Below, one piece after another: positions 35,702 to 44,572 of a stretch of 64,000 nucleotides of DNA. A model generated the notes under the pieces. It had not been told where the DNA came from, did no database searches, and was given only the letters and a program-made list of their open reading frames with translations. Within the stretch, counting starts at the first letter, position 1. Each line of letters starts with the position of its first letter. The DNA comes from an uncultured Lachnoclostridium sp. Its GTDB lineage: Bacteria > Bacillota > Clostridia > Lachnospirales > Lachnospiraceae. The translations under genes and the position numbers were made by a program. Location of the stretch: the NCBI GenBank assembly GCA_944376715.1, contig CALWDO010000010.1:34-64033 (forward strand), written 5' to 3'.

Positions 35702-37213
35702 ATGGGAAAAGCAATCGAATTTGTTAAGATTAACAAGAGATTTCCAGGTGTGCACGTTTTAAAAGACATCTCCTTCTCCGTGGAAGAAGGTGAAGTACAT
35801 GCGCTTCTGGGGGAAAACGGAGCCGGGAAATCCACATTGTTAAATATCCTGCATGGAGTATATGGAGAATATGAAGGCGCTGTGCTGCTTCATGGAAAAG
35901 AGGTACATTTTAAAAGCGCCAATGATGCGATTAAAAATGGAAATATCTCCAAGGTTCATCAGGAGATAATGGTGGTGGAGGAACTGTCAGTAGGACAGAA
36001 TGTCACCATGGGATATGAACCTAAAAAAGGCGCGTTTATAGATTTTAATAAGATGCATAATGATGTAGATGCGATCCTTAAAGAACTAAACTGTAATTTT
36101 AAGTCAAGGGATATAGTGAGAACTTTGACGGCAGGGCAAAAGCAGATGATCGCGATTGCAAAAGCAATCTATCATCATTCAAATATTATTTCCTTCGATG
36201 AGCCAACGGCGTCTCTTACTTCCAAAGAGACGGAAGCGTTGTTCGCTGTTATCGAAAAACTAAAAAAAGACGGAATTACAATTTTATATGTTTCACATCA
36301 TTTGGAGGAAATTTTCCAGATCTGTGATCGGGCAACAATTCTTCGTGATGGAGAATTTGTCCAGACATTAAATGTGAAAGAGACAACGGAAGATGAACTG
36401 ATTCATGCTATGGTGGGACGCAGTGTTTCTGCTGTGGCTTCCCGTACAATTCCATGTCAGGCCACTAAAGAGGTGGTTTTGAAGGTGGAAGGTTTGACGG
36501 ATACCACCGGAGGGAAATTTAAAGATATCAGTTTTGAACTACATAGAGGAGAGATCCTCGGCTTCTATGGACTGGTAGGAGCCGGAAGAACTGAAGTTAT
36601 GCGTGTGCTTGTAGGAGCTGATCCGAAGCTGGAAGGTAATATTTATTTGAAGAATGTGCCGATTCCACGTAATTGGAATTCTACCAAGGCATTGTCCAGA
36701 GGGATCGGAATGCTGTCGGAGGATCGAAAAAATACAGGATTCAACAAGTTGGCTACAAATATGCAAAATATAGCCATCTCTTCACTTGAAAAATATATGA
36801 AGGGTTTATTCTTTACAGATGAATCCAAGAAATTGAAGAATGCAGAGCATTATTTTGAAGAACTGGATATTAATCCCAAATTGCCTGCGTATATGACGGT
36901 GAATATGTCGGGTGGGAATCAACAGAAAGTGATTCTTGCGAAATGGATGTCTACAGATATTGATATTATTATTTTCGATGAGCCAACAAAAGGCGTAGAT
37001 GTAGCTGCAAAAGCAGAGATTTACCGATTGATGGAGGAACTGGTATCCCAGGGAAAAAGTTTGATTGTCGTATCCAGTGAACTTCCGGAAGCCATCGGGC
37101 TCAGTGACCGTCTGGTAATTATGAGTGAGGGACGCATTACGGGAATCCTCACAGACAGATCGGAGTTTGATTCAGACGCTATCCTAAACTATGCGATTGG
37201 AGGAAATGAGTAA
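35702..37213 (+). CDS. Sugar ABC transporter ATP-binding protein (RbsA-like)
   Basis: GENGAGKST, FDEPTASL, MSGGNQQKV, FDEPTKGVDVAAK. Confidence 0.95.
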   Translation: MGKAIEFVKINKRFPGVHVLKDISFSVEEGEVHALLGENGAGKSTLLNILHGVYGEYEGAVLLHGKEVHFKSANDAIKNGNISKVHQEIMVVEELSVGQNVTMGYEPKKGAFIDFNKMHNDVDAILKELNCNFKSRDIVRTLTAGQKQMIAIAKAIYHHSNIISFDEPTASLTSKETEALFAVIEKLKKDGITILYVSHHLEEIFQICDRATILRDGEFVQTLNVKETTEDELIHAMVGRSVSAVASRTIPCQATKEVVLKVEGLTDTTGGKFKDISFELHRGEILGFYGLVGAGRTEVMRVLVGADPKLEGNIYLKNVPIPRNWNSTKALSRGIGMLSEDRKNTGFNKLATNMQNIAISSLEKYMKGLFFTDESKKLKNAEHYFEELDINPKLPAYMTVNMSGGNQQKVILAKWMSTDIDIIIFDEPTKGVDVAAKAEIYRLMEELVSQGKSLIVVSSELPEAIGLSDRLVIMSEGRITGILTDRSEFDSDAILNYAIGGNE

Positions 37214-38181
37214 TGAAAAATTTTTACGTGAAGTATAAGAGAGAGATTCTTGTATTTGTCGCGACGCTGATTCTTTGCGTGGTATTTACAGTCCTGAACC
37301 CACAATTTCTTACCTGGAGAAATTTTCTGACGATCTTTCAGCAGATGGTATTAAACGGATTGCTTGCAGTCGGTATTATGTTTACAATCCTGACCGGCGG
37401 TATTGACCTGTCTATTGGATGTACTTTTGCTATAGTCGGTATTGCAGTGGCTACGTGCACAGTAGGGGGCATGAATCCGGTAATGGCACTGGTTATTGGT
37501 TTGGTTGTAGGTGCGGTACTTGGCCTGTTTAACGGATTTTTGGTAACTAATTTGAAGCTGCAGCCGTTTATTGCTACCCTGGGTACCATGAGCCTTTACC
37601 GTGGTATTGCTTATGTAGTGACGGGCGGGGTTCCGGTTACTAATGTCCCGGATTCATTCCGTAATATTTTCAACGGACAGATTGGTGAGTCAGGTATTCG
37701 ATATTATGTGATCGTTATGCTGGTTGTATTTATCGTTGCGCATGTGATCCTTTCCAAAACCAGAACCGGAGACTATTTGTATGCGGTGGGCGGTAATGAA
37801 GAGGCGGCAAAGTTATCGGGTGTTAATACACGGAAAACGAAATATATTGCTTATATTGCGTCCGGTGTATGTACTGCAGTGGCAGGCCTGGTGATGCTGG
37901 CGTCCCTGGGTTCTGCAGAGGCTACCGCAGGTATCGGATATGAGACGAATGCAATTGCAGCAGCCGCTATCGGAGGAACTTCCATGGCAGGCGGACGCGG
38001 TACGGCACTGGGAACTTTTGTGGGAGCTCTTTTGCTGGCAGTTTTGAAGGTGGGTATGGTAGTTATCAATGTAGATTCCTTCTGGCAGTATGTGGTAACT
38101 GGTTTGATTATTATCGTAGCTTCCTATTTCGAATATGCCAAAGATGATTTTGCAGCCTTTCTGGCACGTCATAAGAATTAA
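37213..38181 (+). CDS. Sugar ABC transporter permease (RbsC-like)
   Basis: GGIDLSIG, PFIATLG, YAVGGNEEAAKLSG, AIAAAAIGGTS..GGRG. Confidence 0.94.
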   Translation: MKNFYVKYKREILVFVATLILCVVFTVLNPQFLTWRNFLTIFQQMVLNGLLAVGIMFTILTGGIDLSIGCTFAIVGIAVATCTVGGMNPVMALVIGLVVGAVLGLFNGFLVTNLKLQPFIATLGTMSLYRGIAYVVTGGVPVTNVPDSFRNIFNGQIGESGIRYYVIVMLVVFIVAHVILSKTRTGDYLYAVGGNEEAAKLSGVNTRKTKYIAYIASGVCTAVAGLVMLASLGSAEATAGIGYETNAIAAAAIGGTSMAGGRGTALGTFVGALLLAVLKVGMVVINVDSFWQYVVTGLIIIVASYFEYAKDDFAAFLARHKN

Positions 38182-38190
38182 GGGGCAGTT

Positions 38191-39108
38191 ATGAGAAATA
38201 AAATTGTTGTAATTGGCAGTCTGAATTATGATATTATTTTGAAATGCAGCCGTCTTCCCAAAGAAGGAGAAACTATGCCGGTGGATGGCGCGGCCTTCAG
38301 TGCCGGAGGAAAAGGTGCGAACCAGGCGGTTCAGGCTGCAAAATTAGGAATCGAAACCTATATGGTAGGATGTGTGGGAAAAGATGCCCATGGAAAAGAT
38401 CTGATTTTATCAGCAAAAAAATTTGGTCTGGATACTACATATTTAAAAGAAGTGGAAGAACCTACTGGATTGGGGGTAGTGAATGCGCTGACAGATGGAA
38501 GCGTGCATGCAAGCATCGTAAGAGGTGCTAATTTTGCGATCACTAAAGCGGATATTGATGCAGCTGAAAATATTATGAAAGAGGCTGAGATCGTAATCCT
38601 TCAAATGGAAATACCTATGGAGATCAATCAATATGCCATAGATAAAGCAAAATCATGCGGATGTAAAGTCCTGCTAAATGCGGCGCCAGCTACCAGGATC
38701 CAGGAAGAATATTTAAAAAAATGCGATATTCTGGTGGTTAATGAAGTGGAAGCAGCCTTTTATTTGGGACGCGCTATAGAAAATGAAGAACAAGCAAAAG
38801 AAGGGGCTGTGAAATTGGACGATAGCTTGGGGACGGATGTGATTATCACGTTGGGATCCGCAGGATCTGTAGTATCAGATCATAAGAAGGTGACTTTTAT
38901 ACCGTCCAAGAAAGTGGATGCAATAGAGTCTACTGGTGCGGGTGATAGTTTCATTGGCGGTGTGGGATATGCGCTGATTCAGGGAATGAATCTTACACAA
39001 GCTTGTGAATTTGCTACTTGTTGCAGCGCTATTACTGTATGTCGTCTAGGTGCGCAGGATTCGATGCCGACCTTAGAAGAGGTCCGGAGCTTTCAGAAAG
39101 CTAATTGA
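38191..39108 (+). CDS. rbsK: Ribokinase
   Basis: GSLNYD, GGKGANQAV, LQMEIP, LNAAP, VNEVEA, ESTGAGDSF. Confidence 0.85.
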   Translation: MRNKIVVIGSLNYDIILKCSRLPKEGETMPVDGAAFSAGGKGANQAVQAAKLGIETYMVGCVGKDAHGKDLILSAKKFGLDTTYLKEVEEPTGLGVVNALTDGSVHASIVRGANFAITKADIDAAENIMKEAEIVILQMEIPMEINQYAIDKAKSCGCKVLLNAAPATRIQEEYLKKCDILVVNEVEAAFYLGRAIENEEQAKEGAVKLDDSLGTDVIITLGSAGSVVSDHKKVTFIPSKKVDAIESTGAGDSFIGGVGYALIQGMNLTQACEFATCCSAITVCRLGAQDSMPTLEEVRSFQKAN

Positions 39109-39170
39109 TAAACCTGTTGAAAACATATGTAAAATATCTGCAAAATAATGAAAAAATATGACGAGTTCTG

Positions 39171-39199
39171 TTGACTTTTCAAAATATAGTCAATATAAT
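39171..39199 (+). promoter_or_regulatory. sigmaA promoter of the DeoR regulator
   Basis: TTGACT-17-TATAAT; the -35 is part of an inverted repeat TTGACT...AGTCAA. Confidence 0.65.
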
Positions 39200-39239
39200 G
39201 ATAATATCGTTTTATAGAACAGAAAGTGAAAGTAACAGA

Positions 39240-39980
39240 ATGATCCCATATCAGAGAAGACTGCAGATGCTGCAGTTGCTGGAAAATAAGGAAGTTGTAT
39301 TTCTAAGTGATTTTTGCAAAGCTCTGAACGGTGTCTCAGAATCCACAGTGAGAAGGGATTTAAAAACACTGGAGCAGGAAGGACAGATTATCCTTCTGAG
39401 AGGCGGCGGAGCTTGCTTAAAGCAGGGCTCTTATGAGATGCCGGTAAATTCTAAGGGCATAAAAAACGTAAGCGAGAAGGAACAGATTGCGCGTTATGCG
39501 GCAGGATTGGTAAAGGACGGGGAGTCTATCTATCTGGATTCCGGAAGCACATTGTATCGTATGCTTCCGCATCTGAAGGGGAAAGATATTAATGTTATAA
39601 CGACAAATGCCTTAATCTTTACCGATATGCAGGATTTGAAGATGAAATGTTTCATTATTGGTGGAGAGATCAATTTTTCTACAGGATCAATTGTGGGCGC
39701 GATGACTATCCGGGAACTTTCAGGAATGTATTTTGATAAAGCATTTCTGGGAGCAAACGGTGTTTCGGAGCGGGCGGGTATCAGTACCCATACTATGAGT
39801 GAGGCGGAGAAAAAAAGAGTCGTAAAAGAAAATTCCACAGAAACTTATGTGTTGGCTGATAGCAGTAAGATCGGGAAAAATGCCATGTGCAAGATCTTCG
39901 AATTAGGAGAGGTCCCGGTAATCTGTGACAAAGAATCTGAGATTCTGGTCAACAGCGGAAATTATATAGTTGCAAAATGA
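39240..39980 (+). CDS. DeoR/GlpR family regulator
   Basis: VSESTVRRDL..LE, IYLDSGST, TTNA, FDKAFLG.NG, LADSSK. Confidence 0.93.
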   Translation: MIPYQRRLQMLQLLENKEVVFLSDFCKALNGVSESTVRRDLKTLEQEGQIILLRGGGACLKQGSYEMPVNSKGIKNVSEKEQIARYAAGLVKDGESIYLDSGSTLYRMLPHLKGKDINVITTNALIFTDMQDLKMKCFIIGGEINFSTGSIVGAMTIRELSGMYFDKAFLGANGVSERAGISTHTMSEAEKKRVVKENSTETYVLADSSKIGKNAMCKIFELGEVPVICDKESEILVNSGNYIVAK

Positions 39981-39991
39981 ATTAGAAAAGG

Positions 39992-40023
39992 AGAGGGAGC
40001 CCTTGATGCGGGCTCCCTCTTCT
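39992..40023 (+). terminator. Intrinsic terminator
   Basis: AGAGGGAGCCC / GGGCTCCCTCT. Confidence 0.75.
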
Positions 40024-40232
40024 GTCGTCGAAATTTTTTGTAAGTATTTCCCAAAATTGTTAACAAATTGTAAAAACCGTAGACGAGCGGGAAAAGAGTT
40101 ATTATAATTAAAATCACGATAAACGTTTATCCATAAGTGGCGTTCGCCACAGGCTCAATGATTTATTCTGAGCCAAATTCCATTATTAATATTGCAGCGT
40201 GGAGAAAAAGCTTTGTGTTGCAGGAGGTTATT

Positions 40233-41231
40233 GTGAAAAGTGCAGGATTATGGATTGCAGATTCACAGGAGGCCTATGCAAGGGCTTTCATGGAGTATGC
40301 TAATCTGAAAGAAAACCATTTATTTCAGGTACGAATGTGCACCAGAGAGGAGCAGCTTCTCCGGGCGCTTGCCGAGGAAGAGATCGAGATATTGCTGATA
40401 ACAGCAGAATGGTACCCGATCTGTAAAGACCGGATTACCAGGGAGTGTGTGATTTTTCTGTCCGATGGCAGCCTCCCGTCAGAGCTGCGGATTTATCCGG
40501 CAGTGTACAAGTATCAGTCTGCGGAGAATATCCTTCGGGAGATTCTGTATTATTACTCTGAACAGTGCGGAGAAGATTTCTGCCTGACAGGTACGCGCAG
40601 GGACAATAAAGTGATCGGGGTATATTCCCCGGCGGGCGGTAGTGGGAAGACAGTGTTTGCCCTGACTTTAGGGCAGATTCTCGCGGAGAGCAAGAATGTT
40701 TTATATCTAAATCTGGAAGAATGTTCCGGACTCGCAGAGCTTTCGGGGAACAGTAACTGGAATCTCTCAGATCTGATTTATTTTTTCAGACAAAAAAATT
40801 CATCATTTCTCTACCGGCTCAACAGTATGGTCCGGAAATGGGATCGACTGGATTACATCCCGCCCTGTGATTCCTATATGGATTTCCGGCAGATTACCGT
40901 GGACGAATGGCAGAAACTTCTGTACTGGATCCGTACCCGGAGTGATTACGATGTCGTTGTATTGGATTTGGGCAATATGGCAGGACATGAGCCGGAGATT
41001 CTCCGTCAGTGTGACGGGATATATGTGCCGGCCGGGCAGGATCTGTTCTCTCAGGCAAAGCTGGCTCAGTGGCAGAGATATATTCAGATCTTAGACGGAA
41101 TGGATGTTCTGGAAAAACTGCAGGTTTTAGAGCTGCCTTCTCCCGGGAAAAAGATAGGGAGTGAAGAGGAATTATTCGCGCTGCCGCAACAGACATTGGG
41201 GACCTATATACGGGGACTGCTGAAAGAGTAG
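40233..41231 (+). CDS. Tad locus ParA/MinD-like ATPase with degenerate receiver domain (TadZ/CpaE-like)
   Basis: GTG start after AGGAGG; YKYQS linker; VYSPAGGSGKT, VLYLNLE, YDVVVLD. Confidence 0.8.
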   Translation: MKSAGLWIADSQEAYARAFMEYANLKENHLFQVRMCTREEQLLRALAEEEIEILLITAEWYPICKDRITRECVIFLSDGSLPSELRIYPAVYKYQSAENILREILYYYSEQCGEDFCLTGTRRDNKVIGVYSPAGGSGKTVFALTLGQILAESKNVLYLNLEECSGLAELSGNSNWNLSDLIYFFRQKNSSFLYRLNSMVRKWDRLDYIPPCDSYMDFRQITVDEWQKLLYWIRTRSDYDVVVLDLGNMAGHEPEILRQCDGIYVPAGQDLFSQAKLAQWQRYIQILDGMDVLEKLQVLELPSPGKKIGSEEELFALPQQTLGTYIRGLLKE

Positions 41232-41239
41232 GATGAACC

Positions 41240-42472
41240 ATGGAATATGAGCAGGAAGAAGCAGAGGTTTTCGGGAGCCTGAAGGGGCAGATTCTGGAAA
41301 GGATCGATCTGAGCCGGGAAGTGCCGGATGAAGAGATACAGGATCTGATCGACGAGGTGGTTCTTGCTTGCGGAAAAGAGAGGCATCTGCCGCTTGACGA
41401 GCGGTGCCGATTGAAGAAAGACTTGTTTCAGGCGCTGCGCCGGATGGATGTGCTGCAGGATTTGCTGGAGGAGCCGGATGTGACGGAGATCATGGTGAAC
41501 GGAATGGACGGCATCTTCGTAGAAAGAGATGGGAAAATAAGCCGTTATGACAGAAATTTCCGTTCTGAAGACCGGATTCTGGATATCATTCAGCAGATGA
41601 CGGCCGCCTGCAACAGGACGGTCAACGAATCGCAGCCAATCGTGGATGCGCGGCTGGCCAATGGGGACAGACTGCATGTGGTGCTGCCGCCGGTAGCGGT
41701 CAATGGGCCAATTATCACAATACGAAGATTTCCAAAAGAGCCCATGACGATGAAACGTCTGTTGGATCTGGAAAGTATATCCAAAGAGGAGTCATCTTTT
41801 CTGAAACGGGCTGTGCAGGCCGGTTACTCGATTCTGGTGGCCGGCGGAACCGGATCCGGGAAGACCACATTCTTAAATGCGCTTTCAGAATTCATTCCCG
41901 CGGATGAGCGGGTGATTGTTATCGAAGATACAGCGGAACTGCAGATCCGGAGTGTGGAGAACCTGGTGAGGCTGGAGACCCGCGCGGCCGGAGTGGAAGA
42001 CAGCAAGGAGATCACGATCCGTGACCTGATCCGGGCATCCCTGCGTATGAGACCAAGCAGGATAATCGTCGGTGAGGTACGCGGAGCGGAAGCTTTCGAA
42101 CTGCTGACCTGTCTGAATACGGGGCATGATGGGAGTATCTGTACTTGCCATGCCAACAGCACCCGGGATACGGTAAGCCGGTTGGAAACCATGGTCCTGA
42201 TGGGGATGGAATTGCCTTTGCAGGCGATCCGGAGGCAGATTGCGTCTGGAATTGATTTAATCGTTTATCTGGGAAGACTGCGGGACAAGAGCCGCAGGCT
42301 TCTGGAAATCACGGAAGTGACCGGTATGGAAGGAGAACAGGTGGCGTTTAACCCTCTGTTTTCCTTCCGGGAAACCGGAGAGAATTCCGGCAGAGTTGCC
42401 GGAGTACAGGAAAGGATAGGAGAAATGAAAAATATCGAAAAATTTCTGCGCGCGGGTGTGGAGGCCGGATAA
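41240..42472 (+). CDS. cpaF: Tad pilus assembly ATPase (CpaF/TadA)
   Basis: EIMVNG, PIVDARL, GGTGSGKTT, IEDTAEL, LRMRPSRIIVGEVRG, NTGHDGS...HAN. Confidence 0.95.
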   Translation: MEYEQEEAEVFGSLKGQILERIDLSREVPDEEIQDLIDEVVLACGKERHLPLDERCRLKKDLFQALRRMDVLQDLLEEPDVTEIMVNGMDGIFVERDGKISRYDRNFRSEDRILDIIQQMTAACNRTVNESQPIVDARLANGDRLHVVLPPVAVNGPIITIRRFPKEPMTMKRLLDLESISKEESSFLKRAVQAGYSILVAGGTGSGKTTFLNALSEFIPADERVIVIEDTAELQIRSVENLVRLETRAAGVEDSKEITIRDLIRASLRMRPSRIIVGEVRGAEAFELLTCLNTGHDGSICTCHANSTRDTVSRLETMVLMGMELPLQAIRRQIASGIDLIVYLGRLRDKSRRLLEITEVTGMEGEQVAFNPLFSFRETGENSGRVAGVQERIGEMKNIEKFLRAGVEAG

Positions 42473-43181
42473 AAAAGAACTGTTGACGGATATGCTGCAA
42501 GGATCTGTCCTGGTGCTTGGCGGAGCGGTCTTGTTTTACGATTCTTTGATTGCAGTACCGTTTCTTTGTCCGTTGTTATTGCTGTGGCATAGAGAACGGC
42601 GGGAGGGAAGGAAGAAAAAAGAACAGGCGCGTCTGTGCAGGATGTTCCGGGAGTGGATACTGCTTTTATCCGCATCACTGTCTGCCGGATATTCGGTGGA
42701 GAATGCTTTTCGCCAGTCCTACCGGGAACTGCAGCTAATGTTTCCGAAAGGAGGGCCTATGCTGGATGCGCTGAAGGACATGCTGGCAAGATCGGAAAAC
42801 AATCAGGGCGCAGAGGTCATGCTGAAGGAATTTGCCGCTTCCTACCCGCTTCCGGAGATCCGGAGCTTTGTGGATGTATTCTGTGCGGCAAAGTACAGCG
42901 GCGGAAGCCTGAATCTGGTAATCCGCAGCACGGCGGCGCAGATCGCGCAGATTCTGGATACACGCAGGGAGATTGAAACGATGCTTTCTTCCCGGGCATA
43001 CGAACAGAAGATCATGTCTGTTATGCCGGCGGCAATCCTTCTGTATCTGAGAATCGGTTCGGCAGAGTTTTTAGAAGGTCTGTACCATTGCCTGCCGGGA
43101 GCGGCGGTGATGACAGCCTGTCTTGTAATATATCTTGCCGCATACCTGTTGGGAAAGAGACTGGTGGATATTGAAATATAG
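42456..43181 (+). CDS. TadB-like T2SS-F inner membrane platform protein
   Basis: SLSAGYSVENAF, SGGSL..VI, EQKIM..MP, C-terminal TMs; follows cpaF; start uncertain. Confidence 0.85.
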   Translation: MWRPDKKELLTDMLQGSVLVLGGAVLFYDSLIAVPFLCPLLLLWHRERREGRKKKEQARLCRMFREWILLLSASLSAGYSVENAFRQSYRELQLMFPKGGPMLDALKDMLARSENNQGAEVMLKEFAASYPLPEIRSFVDVFCAAKYSGGSLNLVIRSTAAQIAQILDTRREIETMLSSRAYEQKIMSVMPAAILLYLRIGSAEFLEGLYHCLPGAAVMTACLVIYLAAYLLGKRLVDIEI

Positions 43182-44364
43182 AAAAAAACTTTTATGTACG
43201 GCTGTGGCCGGAGGAATATTGACATTATGCTTTTTCCTGTATGCCTGGAACAACCGGGAGCAGATCCGGGAGCTGGAACGTCCGGGACCTGGGGAGGGAG
43301 ATCAGGAACAAAGTATGCAGGTGCAGCTGGAAGAGGGATCATATTCGATAGATCTGCTGCTTACAGAACTCCCGCTGGATGAGTCAGAAGTACAGGGGCG
43401 CCTTGCGGATGCGGCGGAAGATCTGGAAAAGTTGATATTAAATGAGAATAAAGATTTACATCATATACAGACAGATCTTTATCTGCCCTCCGAGATCCCG
43501 CAGACGCGGGTGACCGTACAGTGGTATCTGGATTCCTGGGAATTGATCGCTCCGGACGGCACGGTATACAGCGAACGGGTGAAAGAGGCGACGACAGTCC
43601 GGATGCAGGCTGTACTGAGTCTTCAGGGGGAGAAACTGTCCTGGGAAAGAGCGGTACAGGTCTGTCCGCTTACATTTCCGGATTCCGGACAAAAGCTCCG
43701 AATGCTGCAGCAGCAGGTGCAGGAGGCTCAGGAAGAGCCGGATAAAAAACTGATTCTACCGGAAACAGTAAACGGGGAACCGGTAGTCTGGTATCAGAAA
43801 ATGGATGACCGGTGGATGCTTATGGGACTGCTGACAATAGCCGCCGTATGCGCTATGGCTGCCGGCAGACACAGAGAGGAGGAGCAAAGAACAAGAGAGA
43901 GAGAACGGAGCATGCAGTTGGATTATCCGGATATTGTCAGTCGTCTGAGTCTGTATATGGGTGCCGGAATGAGCACGCGGAAAGCCTGGGAAAGAATTGT
44001 GGACGGCTATGAAAGGCGGGAAGAAAAAGGAACAAAGGCGGCCTATGAGGAGATGTGCAGGACTTTGCGCGAGATGCAGAGCGGTGTTCCCGAGACTGCA
44101 GCCTATGAGCGGTTTGGGACGAGATGCAGGCTTCCGTCATATTTAAAGTTGGGCACATTGCTGGGTCAGAACCTTCGAAAAGGCAACAGAGACCTTTCAT
44201 GGCTGCTGGAAGAAGAGTCAAGGGAAGCATTTGAAGACCGGAAAGCACTGGCAAAAAAGCTGGGAGAAGAGTGCGAAAGCAAGCTGTTGTTTCCTATGCT
44301 GCTTTTGCTGGTTACGATTCTGATTATGGTGATGTATCCGGCTGCAGTATCTTTTCAAATATAG
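43171..44364 (+). CDS. TadC-like T2SS-F protein with a large extracellular Ig-like insert
   Basis: N-terminal TM, DLYLP...VQW...LI.PDG.V Ig-like segment, DYPDIV..L.LY.GAGM, QNLRKG, GEE..SKLLFPM; start uncertain (43135 or 43171). Confidence 0.8.
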   Translation: MKYRKKLLCTAVAGGILTLCFFLYAWNNREQIRELERPGPGEGDQEQSMQVQLEEGSYSIDLLLTELPLDESEVQGRLADAAEDLEKLILNENKDLHHIQTDLYLPSEIPQTRVTVQWYLDSWELIAPDGTVYSERVKEATTVRMQAVLSLQGEKLSWERAVQVCPLTFPDSGQKLRMLQQQVQEAQEEPDKKLILPETVNGEPVVWYQKMDDRWMLMGLLTIAAVCAMAAGRHREEEQRTRERERSMQLDYPDIVSRLSLYMGAGMSTRKAWERIVDGYERREEKGTKAAYEEMCRTLREMQSGVPETAAYERFGTRCRLPSYLKLGTLLGQNLRKGNRDLSWLLEEESREAFEDRKALAKKLGEECESKLLFPMLLLLVTILIMVMYPAAVSFQI

Positions 44365-44389
44365 AGATTGCAGGACAAGGGAGGAGAAT

Positions 44390-44572
44390 ATGAAAAACAG
44401 AATAAGAAACTGGTGGTACGGATTCTGGCTGGATGAAAGCGGCATGGGGGTCGTGGAGGTAATACTGATCATCGTGGTACTGATCGGGCTGGTGATCATT
44501 TTTAAAAATCAGATCACAGGAGTAGTGAATGATATATTTGAAAAAATCGTCTCTCAGAGCAGCAGTATTTGA
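44390..44572 (+). CDS. Flp (type IVc) major pilin
   Basis: F..DESG|MGVVE prepilin cleavage with E at +5, hydrophobic helix; strong GGAGG RBS. Confidence 0.92.
   Translation: MKNRIRNWWYGFWLDESGMGVVEVILIIVVLIGLVIIFKNQITGVVNDIFEKIVSQSSSI

Noticed and set aside
40024-40033. Single-mismatch 0A-like sites (CGTCGAA here, TGTCAAA elsewhere)
   Set aside because: Isolated 7-mers with a mismatch are expected by chance in 64 kb
40137-40232. N-terminal extension of the TadZ-like ORF from 40137
   Set aside because: No RBS there; AGGAGG precedes GTG 40233
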